Of a stretch of 64,000 nt of DNA, positions 53,911 to 64,000 are shown piece by piece (the first letter of the stretch is position 1; each line of letters starts with the position of its first letter). The notes beneath the pieces were generated by a model. The model saw only the letters and a program-made list of their open reading frames with translations, had not been told where the DNA came from and did no database searches. This stretch comes from Octopus sinensis (Eukaryota), in assembly GCF_006345805.1 (NCBI RefSeq), contig NC_043003.1, positions 39,432,001 to 39,496,000 of the forward strand. The letters run 5' to 3'. The translations under genes were made by a program, and so were the position numbers.

Positions 53911-54437
53911 CATATATATATATGTATATATATATACATATATATATAAAAAAGGAAATGAAGAAAATGCTGACAAAATAATTTAAGTAATTTAATTAGG
54001 TGAAAGTTCTTTTTACCGGTTGTGCATTTGTTATGCTTATCAAAAGATATTTTTTTAAGAGAGATAGAGTTCCTTTCTGATAGATTTTTTCCTCCAGATA
54101 AGAGAAAAAAATCTATCAGAAAGGAACTCTATCTCTCTTAAAAAAATATCTTTTGATAAGCATAACAAATGCGCAACTGGTAAAAAGAACTTTCACCTAA
54201 TTAAATTACTTAAATTACTTAAATTATTTTGTCAGCATTTTCTTCATTTCCTTTTTTATACATCACACTTGTGTTCCACATCTCCTTTTTTAAATATATA
54301 TATACATACATATATATATGTATATATATATATATATATATACATACATATATATATATATAATATATATATATACATACATATATATATGTATATATAT
54401 ACATATATATATACATACATATATATATATATATATC

Positions 54438-54470
<33 letters not shown>

Positions 54471-54492
54471 CATATATATATACATACATATA

Positions 54493-54541
<49 letters not shown>

Positions 54542-57500
54542 TATATATATATATATATGTGGAGGTGCAATGGCCCAATGGTTAGGGCAGCGGACTCGCA
54601 GTCGTAGGATCGCGGTTTCGATTCCCAGACCGGGCGTTGTGAGTGTTTATTGAGCGAAAACACCTATAGCTCCACAAGGCTCCGGCAGGGGTGGGCGGCG
54701 ATCCCTGCTGTACTCTTTCGCCACAACTTTCTCTTACTCTTTCTTCTGAAGGCTAAAAAAACAATGCGAAGCGCATTGTGACCAGCGATGTGTAGCAACA
54801 TCTGATAGCCTGGTCGGTCACAGTGATCACATATATATATATATATATATATATATGTATACATATATACAATGAGCTTCTTTCAGTTTCCGTCTACCAA
54901 ATCCACTCACAAGGCTTTGGTCAGCCCGAGGCTATAATAGAAAACACTTGCCCAAGGTGTCACGCAATGGGACTGAACCTGAAACCATGTGGTTGGTAAG
55001 CAAGCTACTTACCACACAACCACTCCTGTGCCTATATTACATAAGCATTTTATAATGTTTCTTTCTTTTCTAGAAACTTGCCGTGTACCGGCAGCTGATA
55101 GCTCGTGGACCAGCACCAGTCCACAGACCACCACTTTGAGTAGCACTGCTATACAGCACATTGATCTATCCACACTCAATATCTCAGATTTATTTGGACA
55201 GTTCTTTTGTTTCAAGCTAGATGAGCTGCTGCTAAACCCTCCCAATAACTCCCTTCTGTTTCTTGGAGACTAAGTGCTATGAGTGGTCCCTCATGGTCCC
55301 TCATAGTTTATTATGAAAGCATCACAGACGGAGACAGAGGCAGAGACAGAAGCAAAGAGAACCAACCCAGATTGATATTTTACTGATCCCCCAGTAGATT
55401 GAAAGCAAAGTTGTCCTCAATGGGATTTGAACACAGGTGGCAAACTGGCTGAATAATTTGAGCATTAAAAAGAATGCCTCACCATATTTGTTCAAATTCT
55501 CTCCACTCTGAGTTCAAATCCTCTGGGCTCAACTTTGCCATTTCATCCTTTCAGCAACATTTGTTGGTACCAGTGCAAGGATACACCTGCTTCAGAACTC
55601 ATTAATCACAAGTAGTGAGGTAGATGAAAAAGCAAAATTTGCTATTTTTAGTTACTTATACATACCCACCCTTACTTATAGTCATGAAATTTGGAATAGT
55701 GACATAATGAATATGACTGTAAATACAATGCAGCTGAAATGGGATTCCTCCAAAAGGTCTTTGGAATAATGTAACTCAACAAGATGCAAAGCTTGACAAT
55801 CAGGAAATTGTTCTAGACTGACCCATTACTGCTCTGCACTGAGAGGCCACAGCCAAGGTATTAGGGACATGTAGTTAGAATATCTGAGGAAAGAACTTCA
55901 TGACAGATTTACCAGAAAAGGCCAACAAGAAGGAAGCCTAAGGGTAGAAAATGAAGTGAGAGTGTTGGACAATATCCATAGCCTCAGTTGGTTTTGCCTG
56001 GGGATTCAGTTGGAATATTTGTTAATGGATGCTTCCAACAAGATCCTCTGAAAACTCTGCTCTCATCATGTCCCTCACAAGAATAGTTGGCTATAAAGGT
56101 GGAAGGATGGAAGAATGAAAGGGTGGATGGATGAATGGATGACGGATCAATTAAAAGAGTTGCAGTTGCTATTGTTTTTGTTGCTTCTTAACTCAATGCT
56201 AACTTTGATCAAAGACATTGACCATTTCTTTTTTGTTCAGGTATAATGTACAGACTAGAGTATTCGATGTGTCTTTCTTTGAGTCACTTTTTCTAGCAAA
56301 TCAAGTGACCACAAAGAGGTTCCTCATTAGTTTGCATCAAAACAGTTTGTTAATGAATGCATAGTAGAAATGATATAGTACATACCTCCTCACAGATCTT
56401 TTCCAGTTTTGGCATCCAGCTTGTAGCTAAATGGCAATTCTGTAATACAACCCATGATCCAACAGTTATACCTTTTAGGATCATTTTCTCAGCTATTGGA
56501 CCCTAAGAAAAAGAAAGTGTAACAGAGTTGGTAGCCATAGTTTTAGTGAGGTAAGTGGTAGAATGATAGAAATAGTAGCAGGGTTTACAACACAAGTCAT
56601 AAAACAACATTACCAGTTATCACAAACTGACAACACCAGCACACACACACACACTGGTAGCCACATTATAACAATGCCAGTCACACAACACTGCTAATCC
56701 TACATCAATACCAGATTCACAACACCACCAATTACATAACAACACAACACTTCACACAGCAACAATGATTATGCTTCAGCAAAAACAAAACATTTAAAAA
56801 GTAAAGTCCAGATGGACGGATGCATTAGATTATTGATATTACAGTCAAGAACAGTACAGACTTGTTTATAGTATCAGAAACATAATATACTATAGAGAGT
56901 AGCCATCAAAAGAACCTCTATGCAGTTGACCGGTCTGTTAGAAATAGCTACCAAATCTTCTTCAAATCATACTCTACTGTTTTAGAAAAATGAGTTAATT
57001 CATATGATAATGCAAATATGGATATGCAATGTCTGAATTAAAGACAGGATATTTACAACTGCATCATTTTTCATCATGTCTGCAGTATCTGGCAACAAGA
57101 TATACTATGTACAATTTGCTCTCAATACTAGATTTTTTTTTTTAAATGATAAGAAGTCAAGTTCTACCAATTCATCAACACTGAAACCAAATCACTACCT
57201 CCCAATTAAAGGAAGGTGATAGGAAGGAATGCCTAGCTAATCTGTAAACCATACATTACCTTCAAGAACCAGAAAAATAACTTTTTATCCAGCACATATT
57301 CTTATGAATCAAAGAGATGCAACTTATACAAGATATACAACATTTTGATATAAGCCTTCAATAAGTTTAACAATGTAAGCCTTTCGATATGTTTTAGGGT
57401 GGCAAGATGGCAGAAATGTTAACATGCTGGGTGAAAGACTTAGCAGTATTTCTTCTGCCATTATGTTCTGAGTTCAAATTCTGCCAAGGTCGACTTTGCC

Positions 57501-60500
57501 TTTCATCCTTTCAGGGTCAATTAAATAAGTACCAGTTACGCACTGGGGTCAATGTAATCGACTTAATCCCTTTGTCTGTCCTTGTTTGTTCCCTCTATGT
57601 CTAGCACCCTCATAGGCAATAAAGAAATAAATATGTTTAACAAAGAGGCTGAAATTCAGTCAATGTGTAGGTATAGGAATAAATACCTATATAAAACCAT
57701 TCCAATTACAAGCCAAGTAAGTACACCACCTGCAGAAAACATTGGCAACATAACAGTAATTTTTCTTTGCATAACACTTAGCACTATATTGCATAATGAC
57801 CAATTTTCACATAGAATTAAGTACTGTTGCCATGCACAAGTGACATAAGTCACATGACTCTGCAAACCTCAGAAGCTTACTTTATTTTTGTGTATATCCT
57901 ACAGAGTATACTGGGCACATTTTATCATACCACTTGTGCAAGAGATGCTGTCTGCAGCTGAGGTATAAAGAGACCTTTCTACTTTACATCAGTTCTTAAT
58001 CACAGATATAACCCTTCTGGACAGACAACCTGCACTGCAGCTTACAGAGTTTACATTTCACCTATGTATTCAACATTCCAATCTAGATTTGAGAAGGCAA
58101 GCTGGCAGAATTGTTAGCACATTGACCCCTGTGTTCAACTGGTACTATTTTATAGATCCCAAAAGGACAAAAGTACAGTTGACCTAGGTGGAATTTGAAC
58201 TGAAAATGTAAAGACCATTTATATATATATATATATATATGCTGAGACCCCCTTTGGTCATGAATGACCATGGGATTGCACCTAGAAAGTTATCCTCCCA
58301 GGCACAAGTCTGGGCAAGGTTATTTATGGAAAACCAGCAGTCGCCCATGCATACCGGCCTCCCCTCTCCATGCCACCAGTGTTATCCATGGGAAAGGCAA
58401 AGGCCCATACAGCTTGGCACCTGTGACGTCACGACTCATTTCTACAGCTGAGTGAACTGGAGCAGCGTGAAATAAAGTGCCTTGCTCAAGAACACAACAT
58501 GCAGCCCGGTCCGGTATCGTAAGCATTAGTATATTATTTTAGCATTAATATATCATTGTATTAGGCAAAATCTGTCATTTAACACTTTGCCCTGCTTCCC
58601 TCGAAATTGCCGGCCTTGTGCCAATATTGGTAACCAATATTTCAGTCTAGATTCAACAAATGGATGCCTTTACTATCACTTTACAGCATGCACTAGGTGC
58701 ATTCTATCATTCTTTGAAATATAGCCTGAATATGACCAAAGACCCGCTCTATATCTACCAGTTATTATTCTGAGTCACTGCCCCACTCAATAGGCAACCT
58801 GCTATGTAACTTGAGGGGTCCTCATTTCTTCCTACTACTAACCAGAACATGAACTAGGTGCAATTCTTTTACTCTGAGGAGTATAAAATAATCTTTCTAG
58901 CACATTTTTATTTGGATTACATACATTTTATTTAGATTATAAACAATTGTATATAATAATTCTAATTGCATCAAAATAGAATGAAAACAAAGAGAGGGAA
59001 AATATCTATCAGAATATTCTCTATTGGAGTTTACAATTATCGTCATTTGCATCTGCTTTTCATACTTGCATGGGTTGCATTGTTCACGATAGTCCAGATC
59101 AGCTCTTATTTGGAATTACAGCACTCCTAGACAAGTCAAAGGACTATACTTTGCTCATACATTACATTTATGAATGAGAGATTAAAATTTCTTGATAAGT
59201 TTACAGAGAGGCCAAATACACAATTATACATTTCAGTAAACAATCACTGTAACAATGTTTACAGACAGATACTGATGATCGTAAGGAGGTATTAACACTT
59301 ACCTGACCTTGTCCAAGGGATATAGTCTGTATCTTTTGTGTGAAACCTTTGTCTTCACCAAACTTGAGCAGTGCAGCCATAGGGTCAGCACCAGGGGATA
59401 GGACAAATATGAGAGGGGCACAGCAGTTTGAATCACCAAAAGAACCTTCAAGATCAAAAGTTGGGGGATCAATGTAAGCAGGGCCGAGGTTGTTGATAAT
59501 GAATTCTTGCACTTTTGGTATCATTTTGTCAGGGCGCAAACATCGCAGGATGATCATGCATTCCATCTCAGTACACGCGTTAAATTGAGCAGGCACTGGC
59601 AAAGTATGTGGAGATGAATGATCATATATTTCCTTCCACAGATTTGGGTCATTTTGGACACCTAAACAAATATATACATATAAATACTCATGTTTAGAGT
59701 TACTAATGACAAAAAAGGTACTCAATATACATAATAAGGAATGAAAACAAGAGGCGGAATGTATTTACTTGTATAAAGTTGATGATCCACTCCCTAGCTA
59801 TACATGATATACTCATTCAATCTTTAAAAGGATGACTACTGAAAAGTAAGATGGTAGAAATGTTACTGATTCATGGATCTCTTTGGTTTGTATAAGTCAT
59901 GTGTTGAGCTTCAGTGTCTGATGGTTATTGGTGGAAGTCAAGGGAGGCAGGTTAATATTATTCAATTAGTCCAACAGCCATAGTGGAGATTACTTTTGTG
60001 TAATAGTGTTTGTGATTGAAAAACATTTTGCAACTGAATTTTTTTTTTTTTTCTTTTTAACCAAATCAATTCCTTCCAAAATCTCAATGATCACCTGACC
60101 TGAATCATCTCAAACAATCATCTTATATCCATATATCAGCAGACAAGTCAAAAACATAATTTATATAATCTACACATCAAATGACACAACAAACTTCTCT
60201 GTAAGACAACATCACTAAAACACACAAGAAAATAAACCTTAATATCTTTATTAAGGCACAGGCATGGCCGTCTGGGTAAGAAGCTCATTGTGCAACTGCA
60301 TGGATTTGGGTTCAATCTCATTGTGAAACACCTTGGGCAAATGTATTCTACTATAGCCCCAGGTCAATCAATTCCTTGTGAGTAAATTTAGTACATGGAA
60401 ACTGTGTTGAAATCCACTTGTGTGTGTGTTTTGTGTGTGTGTGTGTGTGTTTATAACCCACCACTGCTTGACAACTGGCATTGGTTTGTTTACATTCCCC

Positions 60501-62340
60501 ATAATTTAGCCAAATGGTAAAAGAGACTGATAGAATAAGTACCAGACACGGTACCAGGCAGCGAGCTGGCAGAAATGTTAGCACACTGGGCAAAATGCTT
60601 AGCGGTATTTCGTCTGCTGCTATGTTCTGAGTTCAAATTCTGCCGAGGTCAACTTTGTCTTTCATCCTTTCAGGGTCGATTAAATAAGTACCAGTTATGC
60701 ACTGGGATCGATATAATCAACTTAATCCGTTTGTTTGTTCTTGTTTGACCCCTCTGTGTGTAGCCCCTTGTGGGTAGTAAAGAAATAAGAATAAGTACCA
60801 GACACGAAAATAAGTACTAGGGTAGATTTGTTTGACTAAACCCTTCAAGGTGGTGCCGCAGCATGGCTGAACCAAGTAAAAGACAAAAGATTGAATATGG
60901 AGGCAAAAGTCACACAACTAAAAATCAAAAATAGCAGGAAGCACCTGACTATATGAACACTCTTCATCAGCCTTAAAACTTCTTTCTCTGCCCTAAAAGA
61001 AGGTTAATCAAATTCTCTGTCACCAAAATTGAAGTGATTTTAACCCTTTCATTACTGTATTTATTTTGAGATGCTCTGTGTTTCTTCCAATTACTTAAAA
61101 TATAACAAAGAATTTATAGTAAAATAATTTAGTTGTCATTCAGCTAGTGTTGGGAACATAAATTGTGACTAAGGTTTTGTGAAAGATTTTAATTCAAAAC
61201 TTATGAAAACAAGACATTTGTATTCAGAGCCAGAGCCGGTTTCAGCCAGATTGGTAACGAAAGGGTTAATCAGTGGAACATTTATTTCCATTAATCCCAA
61301 AATTAGAAATGCCAATGGGATTATAGTTCTATAATAACTAAGCAGTTAAAGTTATAGAAGATAAGTCAAAACATTTACCCAGTTTGACAGAGACTGATAG
61401 AGAAAAAATACTACTTATCTTTATTCAAAACTTTTTTACTGAAAGCTTTAGAATATGATACAAGAACAAACAACTCCTTCAGTCATATTAATTTCAGTAT
61501 TGTCATGAATGCTAGAAAGTCACTTCCGTTTTTGATGACTCTAACTGGCTTTAAAAAAGGTGAAACCCTGTCTCTAATGTTTTGATAGAATAAGGTACTT
61601 AAACTAGTTGGCTTTTTCATCCAAGATGAGCTTCCACAGTTTCCATCAACCAAATTCACTCTCAAGAACATTGGTCAGCCCAACACTATTGTAAAAGACA
61701 CTTGTCCAAGGTGCCACACAGTAGGACCAATCCTGAAATTAAGTGGTTACAAAGCTAACTTCTTACCCACACAGCCATGCCTGCAACTAGTGTTTTCTTT
61801 TTAAGTGACCGCAAAAGGAAGTAAGACAAAGTTGACCTCAAAAAGGATTTGATCTCAGAGAAACACAGAGCGACAGAACAAATATCGCAAGGTATTCAAT
61901 TTGCTGTTCTAACAATTCTGCCAGTCCACTTTCTTATATCATCTTCGAACATTTCACTGTTGTTTCCCAGTTCTATCAAATTCAGAAGATTGTTATCCTC
62001 TTTACATTTTGATGGTGATTATTAGATTTCATGAAGTAGCAGATTTTATTTCCTGACAACACATATGATCACCCATCATGAGGTAAATAAAGGTTCACTG
62101 TTTCCATTGCTAATGTCACAACCTACAGTCATTATTCCACCTAGCTAATTAAACACACAGTGATTGATTGATTAATCCTTACTTGTCATGAACTCTTCGA
62201 GATTCAATAAATTTGAAGCCCTCACAATTTCTGCCCAACTTTTCTCAGTCAACCATTCAGGGGCTGGATTAGGGTATGGATTATCCAGAGCCACACCTCC
62301 AGTTAACAGAAAACGCCAAACATCTTCATCAACATTTCCT
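28880..62340 (-). CDS. DNAH3: 3' part (14 exons, 731 aa + stop) of an axonemal inner-arm dynein heavy chain, DNAH3-like (AAA6, AAA lid and C-terminal domain); 5' exons lie beyond the window
   Basis: Exon phases reconcile across 13 GT-AG introns (2197 nt). Motifs: [122 protein letters not shown]. From recall the wording is closer to DNAH3 than to DNAH7/12; not verified by search. Confidence 0.9.
30159..30248 (-). CDS. DNAH3: Dynein exon ([30 protein letters not shown]); absent from ORF track
   Basis: cctag|GGT acceptor, GTT|gtatcc donor, 90 nt. Confidence 0.9.
31588..32040 (-). repeat. About three tandem 159-bp units within an RTE 3' UTR copy
   Basis: ggccacgagtcggatagtgc recurs at 31588, 31747 and 31906; explains the repetitive 235-aa ORF. 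Confidence 0.85.
33247..33368 (-). CDS. DNAH3: Dynein exon ([22 protein letters not shown]…GAYIN)
   Basis: ttggcag|GA acceptor, AAT|gtaagt donor, 122 nt. Confidence 0.92.
33454..34343 (-). mobile_element. Non-autonomous Helitron-like element(s), two 5' ends
   Basis: A|TCT(T/A)TATATATAAAAGTG 5' termini at 34343 and 33834; about 190-bp duplicated body; cccgagcaacgg remnant of the 3' hairpin at 33454-33465; no intact CTAG end. Confidence 0.55.
34490..35935 (-). mobile_element. RTE-like LINE 3' end with 5' inversion
   Basis: - strand 35640-35060: [28 protein letters not shown]…[13 protein letters not shown], then 3' UTR and (GAT)/(ATT)n tail. + strand 35660-35935 is the adjacent upstream part ([12 protein letters not shown]…[21 protein letters not shown]). 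Confidence 0.85.
37202..37646. mobile_element. Solo LTR (445 bp) with 5-bp target-site duplication
   Basis: TGTTACG…CGTAACA inverted termini, flanked on both sides by CATAT. Confidence 0.85.
40178..40266 (-). CDS. DNAH3: Dynein exon ([29 protein letters not shown]); absent from ORF track
   Basis: tctctag|G acceptor, G|gtaaga donor, 89 nt. Confidence 0.92.
40588..40970. mobile_element. Mariner-type MITE with internal duplication
   Basis: gaggtggtgctgaaaagtccc … ggaacttttcagcacttcttc; same family as 51940-52137. Confidence 0.7.
42536..42801 (-). CDS. DNAH3: Dynein exon ([27 protein letters not shown]…[11 protein letters not shown])
   Basis: ctcag|GTG acceptor, AG|gtaatg donor, 266 nt. Confidence 0.93.
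43417..43461 (-). ncRNA. Second copy of the hammerhead, cleavage triplet mutated to GAC
   Basis: Reverse complement of 43836-43880 except U16.1>A at 43424. Confidence 0.6.
43836..43880 (+). ncRNA. Minimal type-I hammerhead ribozyme (CCGAUGA core variant, GUC site)
   Basis: TCTAGG-CCGATGA-AGGA caacga TCCT-GAAA-CACGTG-TC^CCTAGA: 6-bp stem I, 4-bp stem II, palindromic stem III. Confidence 0.75.
44230..44760 (-). mobile_element. R4/Dong-like RT fragment, heavily decayed
   Basis: GCKDQ, AWIDY…[13 protein letters not shown] (RGIFQGDSLS-like) in shifting frames. Confidence 0.5.
45854..45982 (-). CDS. DNAH3: Dynein exon ([11 protein letters not shown]…[14 protein letters not shown])
   Basis: ttgcag|CTT acceptor, ATG|gtaata donor, 129 nt. 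Confidence 0.9.
47008..47161 (-). CDS. DNAH3: Dynein exon ([11 protein letters not shown]…[21 protein letters not shown]); absent from ORF track
   Basis: gttag|A acceptor, GAG|gtaaga donor, 154 nt. Confidence 0.92.
48767..48930 (-). CDS. DNAH3: Dynein exon (MFLNDY…[18 protein letters not shown]…)
   Basis: caccag|ATG acceptor, CA|gtatgt donor, 164 nt. Confidence 0.92.
49130..49700 (+). pseudogene. Mariner transposase relic
   Basis: RKVCPK*VP (WVP-motif region) and LVTGDET* at 49599-49619. Confidence 0.65.
50301..50444 (-). CDS. DNAH3: Dynein exon ([22 protein letters not shown]…[10 protein letters not shown])
   Basis: caacag|CCA acceptor, TTG|gtaggt donor, 144 nt. Confidence 0.92.
51940..52137. 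mobile_element. Mariner-type MITE with TA TSD
   Basis: TA|TGAGGAGGTGCTGAAAAGTTCC … GGAATTTTTCAGCACCCCCTTG|TA. Confidence 0.8.
52140..52349. mobile_element. Tc1-type MITE with TA TSD
   Basis: TA|CAGGGTG…CAGAAATACCTCCCACATTT … AAATGTGGGAGGTATTTCTG…CACCCTG|TA. Confidence 0.85.
52443..52549 (-). CDS. DNAH3: Dynein exon ([26 protein letters not shown]…CNK)
   Basis: ttacag|GT acceptor, AAG|gtaaac donor, 107 nt. Confidence 0.92.
53078..53168 (-). CDS. DNAH3: Dynein exon ([30 protein letters not shown]); absent from ORF track
   Basis: cacag|GTA acceptor, G|gtatgt donor, 91 nt. Confidence 0.92.
53945..54260. repeat. Long near-perfect palindrome (about 146-bp arms) between (TA)n tracts
   Basis: Arms 53945-54090 and about 54105-54260; tiny loop; extra AAATTACTT in the right arm. 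Confidence 0.9.
54290..54558. repeat. (TA)n/(TACA)n microsatellite; others at 53850-53945, 8060-8290 (CA), 10258-10335 (TCTA/TA), 18308-18370 (AAT), 29190-29240 (TAGA), 34365-34490 (AAT), 52902-52968 (TC)
   Basis: Direct reading. Confidence 0.95.
54561..54830 (+). mobile_element. tRNA-derived SINE, same family as 1329-1640
   Basis: Near-identical head GGAGG(C/T)GCAATGGCC…GATTCCCAGACCG and shared 3' body. Confidence 0.8.
56386..56502 (-). CDS. DNAH3: Dynein exon ([39 protein letters not shown]); absent from ORF track
   Basis: ttcttag|GGT acceptor, GAG|gtatgt donor, 117 nt. Confidence 0.92.
58237..58525 (-). mobile_element. SINE-like element (reverse orientation)
   Basis: …gaactggagcagcgtgaaataaagtgccttgctcaagaacacaac is the reverse complement of a CORE/V-like TGTGTTCTTGAGCAAGGCACTTTA domain. 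Confidence 0.55.
59303..59661 (-). CDS. DNAH3: Dynein exon (…LRCLRPDK…[12 protein letters not shown]…SLGQGQ)
   Basis: tttag|GT acceptor, CAG|gtaagt donor, 359 nt. Confidence 0.93.
61044..61265. mobile_element. piggyBac-type MITE with TTAA TSD
   Basis: TTAA|CCCTTTCATTAC … GTAACGAAAGGG|TTAA. Confidence 0.85.
62183..62340 (-). CDS. DNAH3: Dynein exon ([30 protein letters not shown]...)
   Basis: ttccag|A acceptor, A|gtaagg donor, 158 nt. Confidence 0.9.
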
Positions 62341-62884
62341 CTGGAAAAGAAAAGAGGACATTTGTTACAACTCTGTAAAAGAACACTAAACAGACAGTTG
62401 GCCACAAATACATCATGGGTACAACAGAAGTTAGACTCCTCAAACTGAAGATATTTACTGCATTGTTATCGGAGAATCTCTCATTGCCACACACCTTGGA
62501 AAAAGCATTAATTATCATAATTCACCATATCTTTTAGTTTTAGTCTAATTTATAGGTTCTATTGTCCAATAAGAGACACTATTAATAATGAATGGTCCGG
62601 CAGAAGATACGCATAATATCATCACAGGCATATTTTGATCAGCTTCATCTTCAATTGTTCAGTAATATATTATTTAATTCTTTAATTTACTTCAGTCATT
62701 TGACTGGCCGTGCTGGAGCACTACCTTTAGCTGAACAAATTGACCCCAGGACTTTGTAGGCCTAGTCTTTGTAGGCCTAGTACTTATTCTATCAGTTTCT
62801 TTTGCCAAACTGCTAAGTTACAGGGACATAAGCACACCAACATCGGTAGTCAAGCAATGGTAGAGGGACAAACACAGACACACA

Positions 62885-62919
<35 letters not shown>

Positions 62920-63079
62920 TTTATTGAGAGACTTCTTTCAGTTTCTGTCTACCAGATCCACTCGCAAGGATTTGGTCAGCCCAAGGCTATAGTAGCAGGT
63001 GCTCGAGGTGCCATACAGTGGGACTGAACTCCGATTCATGTGGTTGGTAAGCAAGCTACTTACCACGCAGCCAAGACTA

Positions 63080-63885
63080 AAGTTGTTGTAGCAAGAAAGG
63101 AAATAAGACACCCATTCCAGCTGGTAAATGACCCTGATCAATATGTAGACAAGGAGTGGGATGTAATTCCATTTGCAGCACCAAGTGTAACCTATGGACA
63201 CATAAGTGATGCTGTGGAATTGTGGGTAGGTTATCAGATAGCATCACTTTCATGTGTGGTAGATGTGCAGGAACAATAAGTACTAAGAGCACATGAGACT
63301 TAAACTCTCTCAAAGGCCTCTTGAGGTAGTAGATAGTTTCTGCTATTTAGGTGACCAAATTAGGAATGGTGATGGATGTTCTGAAAGTATTCTTTCTAGA
63401 ATAAGAATAGGATGGAGGAAGTTCAGAGAACTACTACGATTTTGGCAGCAAAAGGACTCTCTCTCAGAATGAAAGGTAGATTGTATGAGAACGGCTGTTA
63501 CATGGTAGTGAGACATGAGCTCTGACTGAAGAGGACATGTGTAGACAGGAGAGGAATGAAAGTAGTATGTTGTGTTGGATTTGCAACATCAGTGTGCATG
63601 ACCAACAAAGCACAACTGTATTGAGAGAAAAGTTAGAGGGACTAAATGTGATATGCAGGAGAGAAGAATGCATTGGTTTGGACATGTGATGTGTATGAGT
63701 GAAGATAGCTGTATACAGATGTGCCTGTCACTGAAAGTGGATGGTACCCGTGGAAGAGGGAGACCCAGGAAGACATTGGATGAAATAGTTAGGACTGATC
63801 TTAGGAGATTGGGGCTCACAGAGGAAATGATAATGGACCAAGATGTATAGCAATATGAGATTCAAGAGAAGACCCATCCATGAAA
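63080..63885 (+). mobile_element. RTE-like LINE 3' fragment
   Basis: GVGCNSI-C-TKCNLW zinc-binding region and MQERRMHWFGHVM…[20 protein letters not shown]. Confidence 0.8.
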
Positions 63886-64000
63886 CTGAATGCTAGAAAA
63901 GTTGTGTCCTACCCACATCTAACAACACACTTTTCACTCACTCTACCCTAAGAAACCAAACAACTTTTCTTCTAACTGCATCTTTCTCTTCCTTACATTC

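Noticed and set aside
486-54653. Dozens of ORF-track entries rich in HT/CV/IY/ER/SL dipeptides
   Set aside because: They are translations of (CA)n, (TA)n and (GA)n microsatellites and SINE bodies, with no coding signature.
1-64000. CRISPR arrays, prokaryotic operons or horizontally acquired bacterial genes
   Set aside because: No repeat-spacer arrays or intronless bacterial-like ORFs; the IS1595-like hit fits eukaryotic Merlin.

Overview
Repeat-dense eukaryotic DNA, most likely an octopus or other coleoid cephalopod (inferred from the SINE/LINE repertoire and the microsatellite load). It holds two convergent, intron-rich genes. On the + strand is a complete 3-exon GT14 core-2/I-branching beta-1,6-GlcNAc-transferase (GCNT-like, 438 aa, 7877-21911). 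On the - strand are the last 14 exons (731 aa) of an axonemal inner-arm dynein heavy chain most similar to DNAH3 (62340-28880). All exon phases reconcile with GT-AG junctions. The remainder is tRNA-derived SINEs, fragments of CR1-, RTE-, R4/Dong- and Tx1-like LINEs, Penelope GIY-YIG remnants, a Merlin and a mariner transposase relic, several MITE/foldback elements, a Helitron-like element and a solo LTR. The most notable unannotated signal is a set of minimal type-I hammerhead-ribozyme motifs. One is near-perfect and sits in a 363-nt tandem/inverted, retrozyme-like element inside a dynein intron. There is also a five-copy CCAAT-N12-CRE module array and several long hairpins. No prokaryotic or CRISPR features were seen. 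All calls were made by eye; no searches were run.
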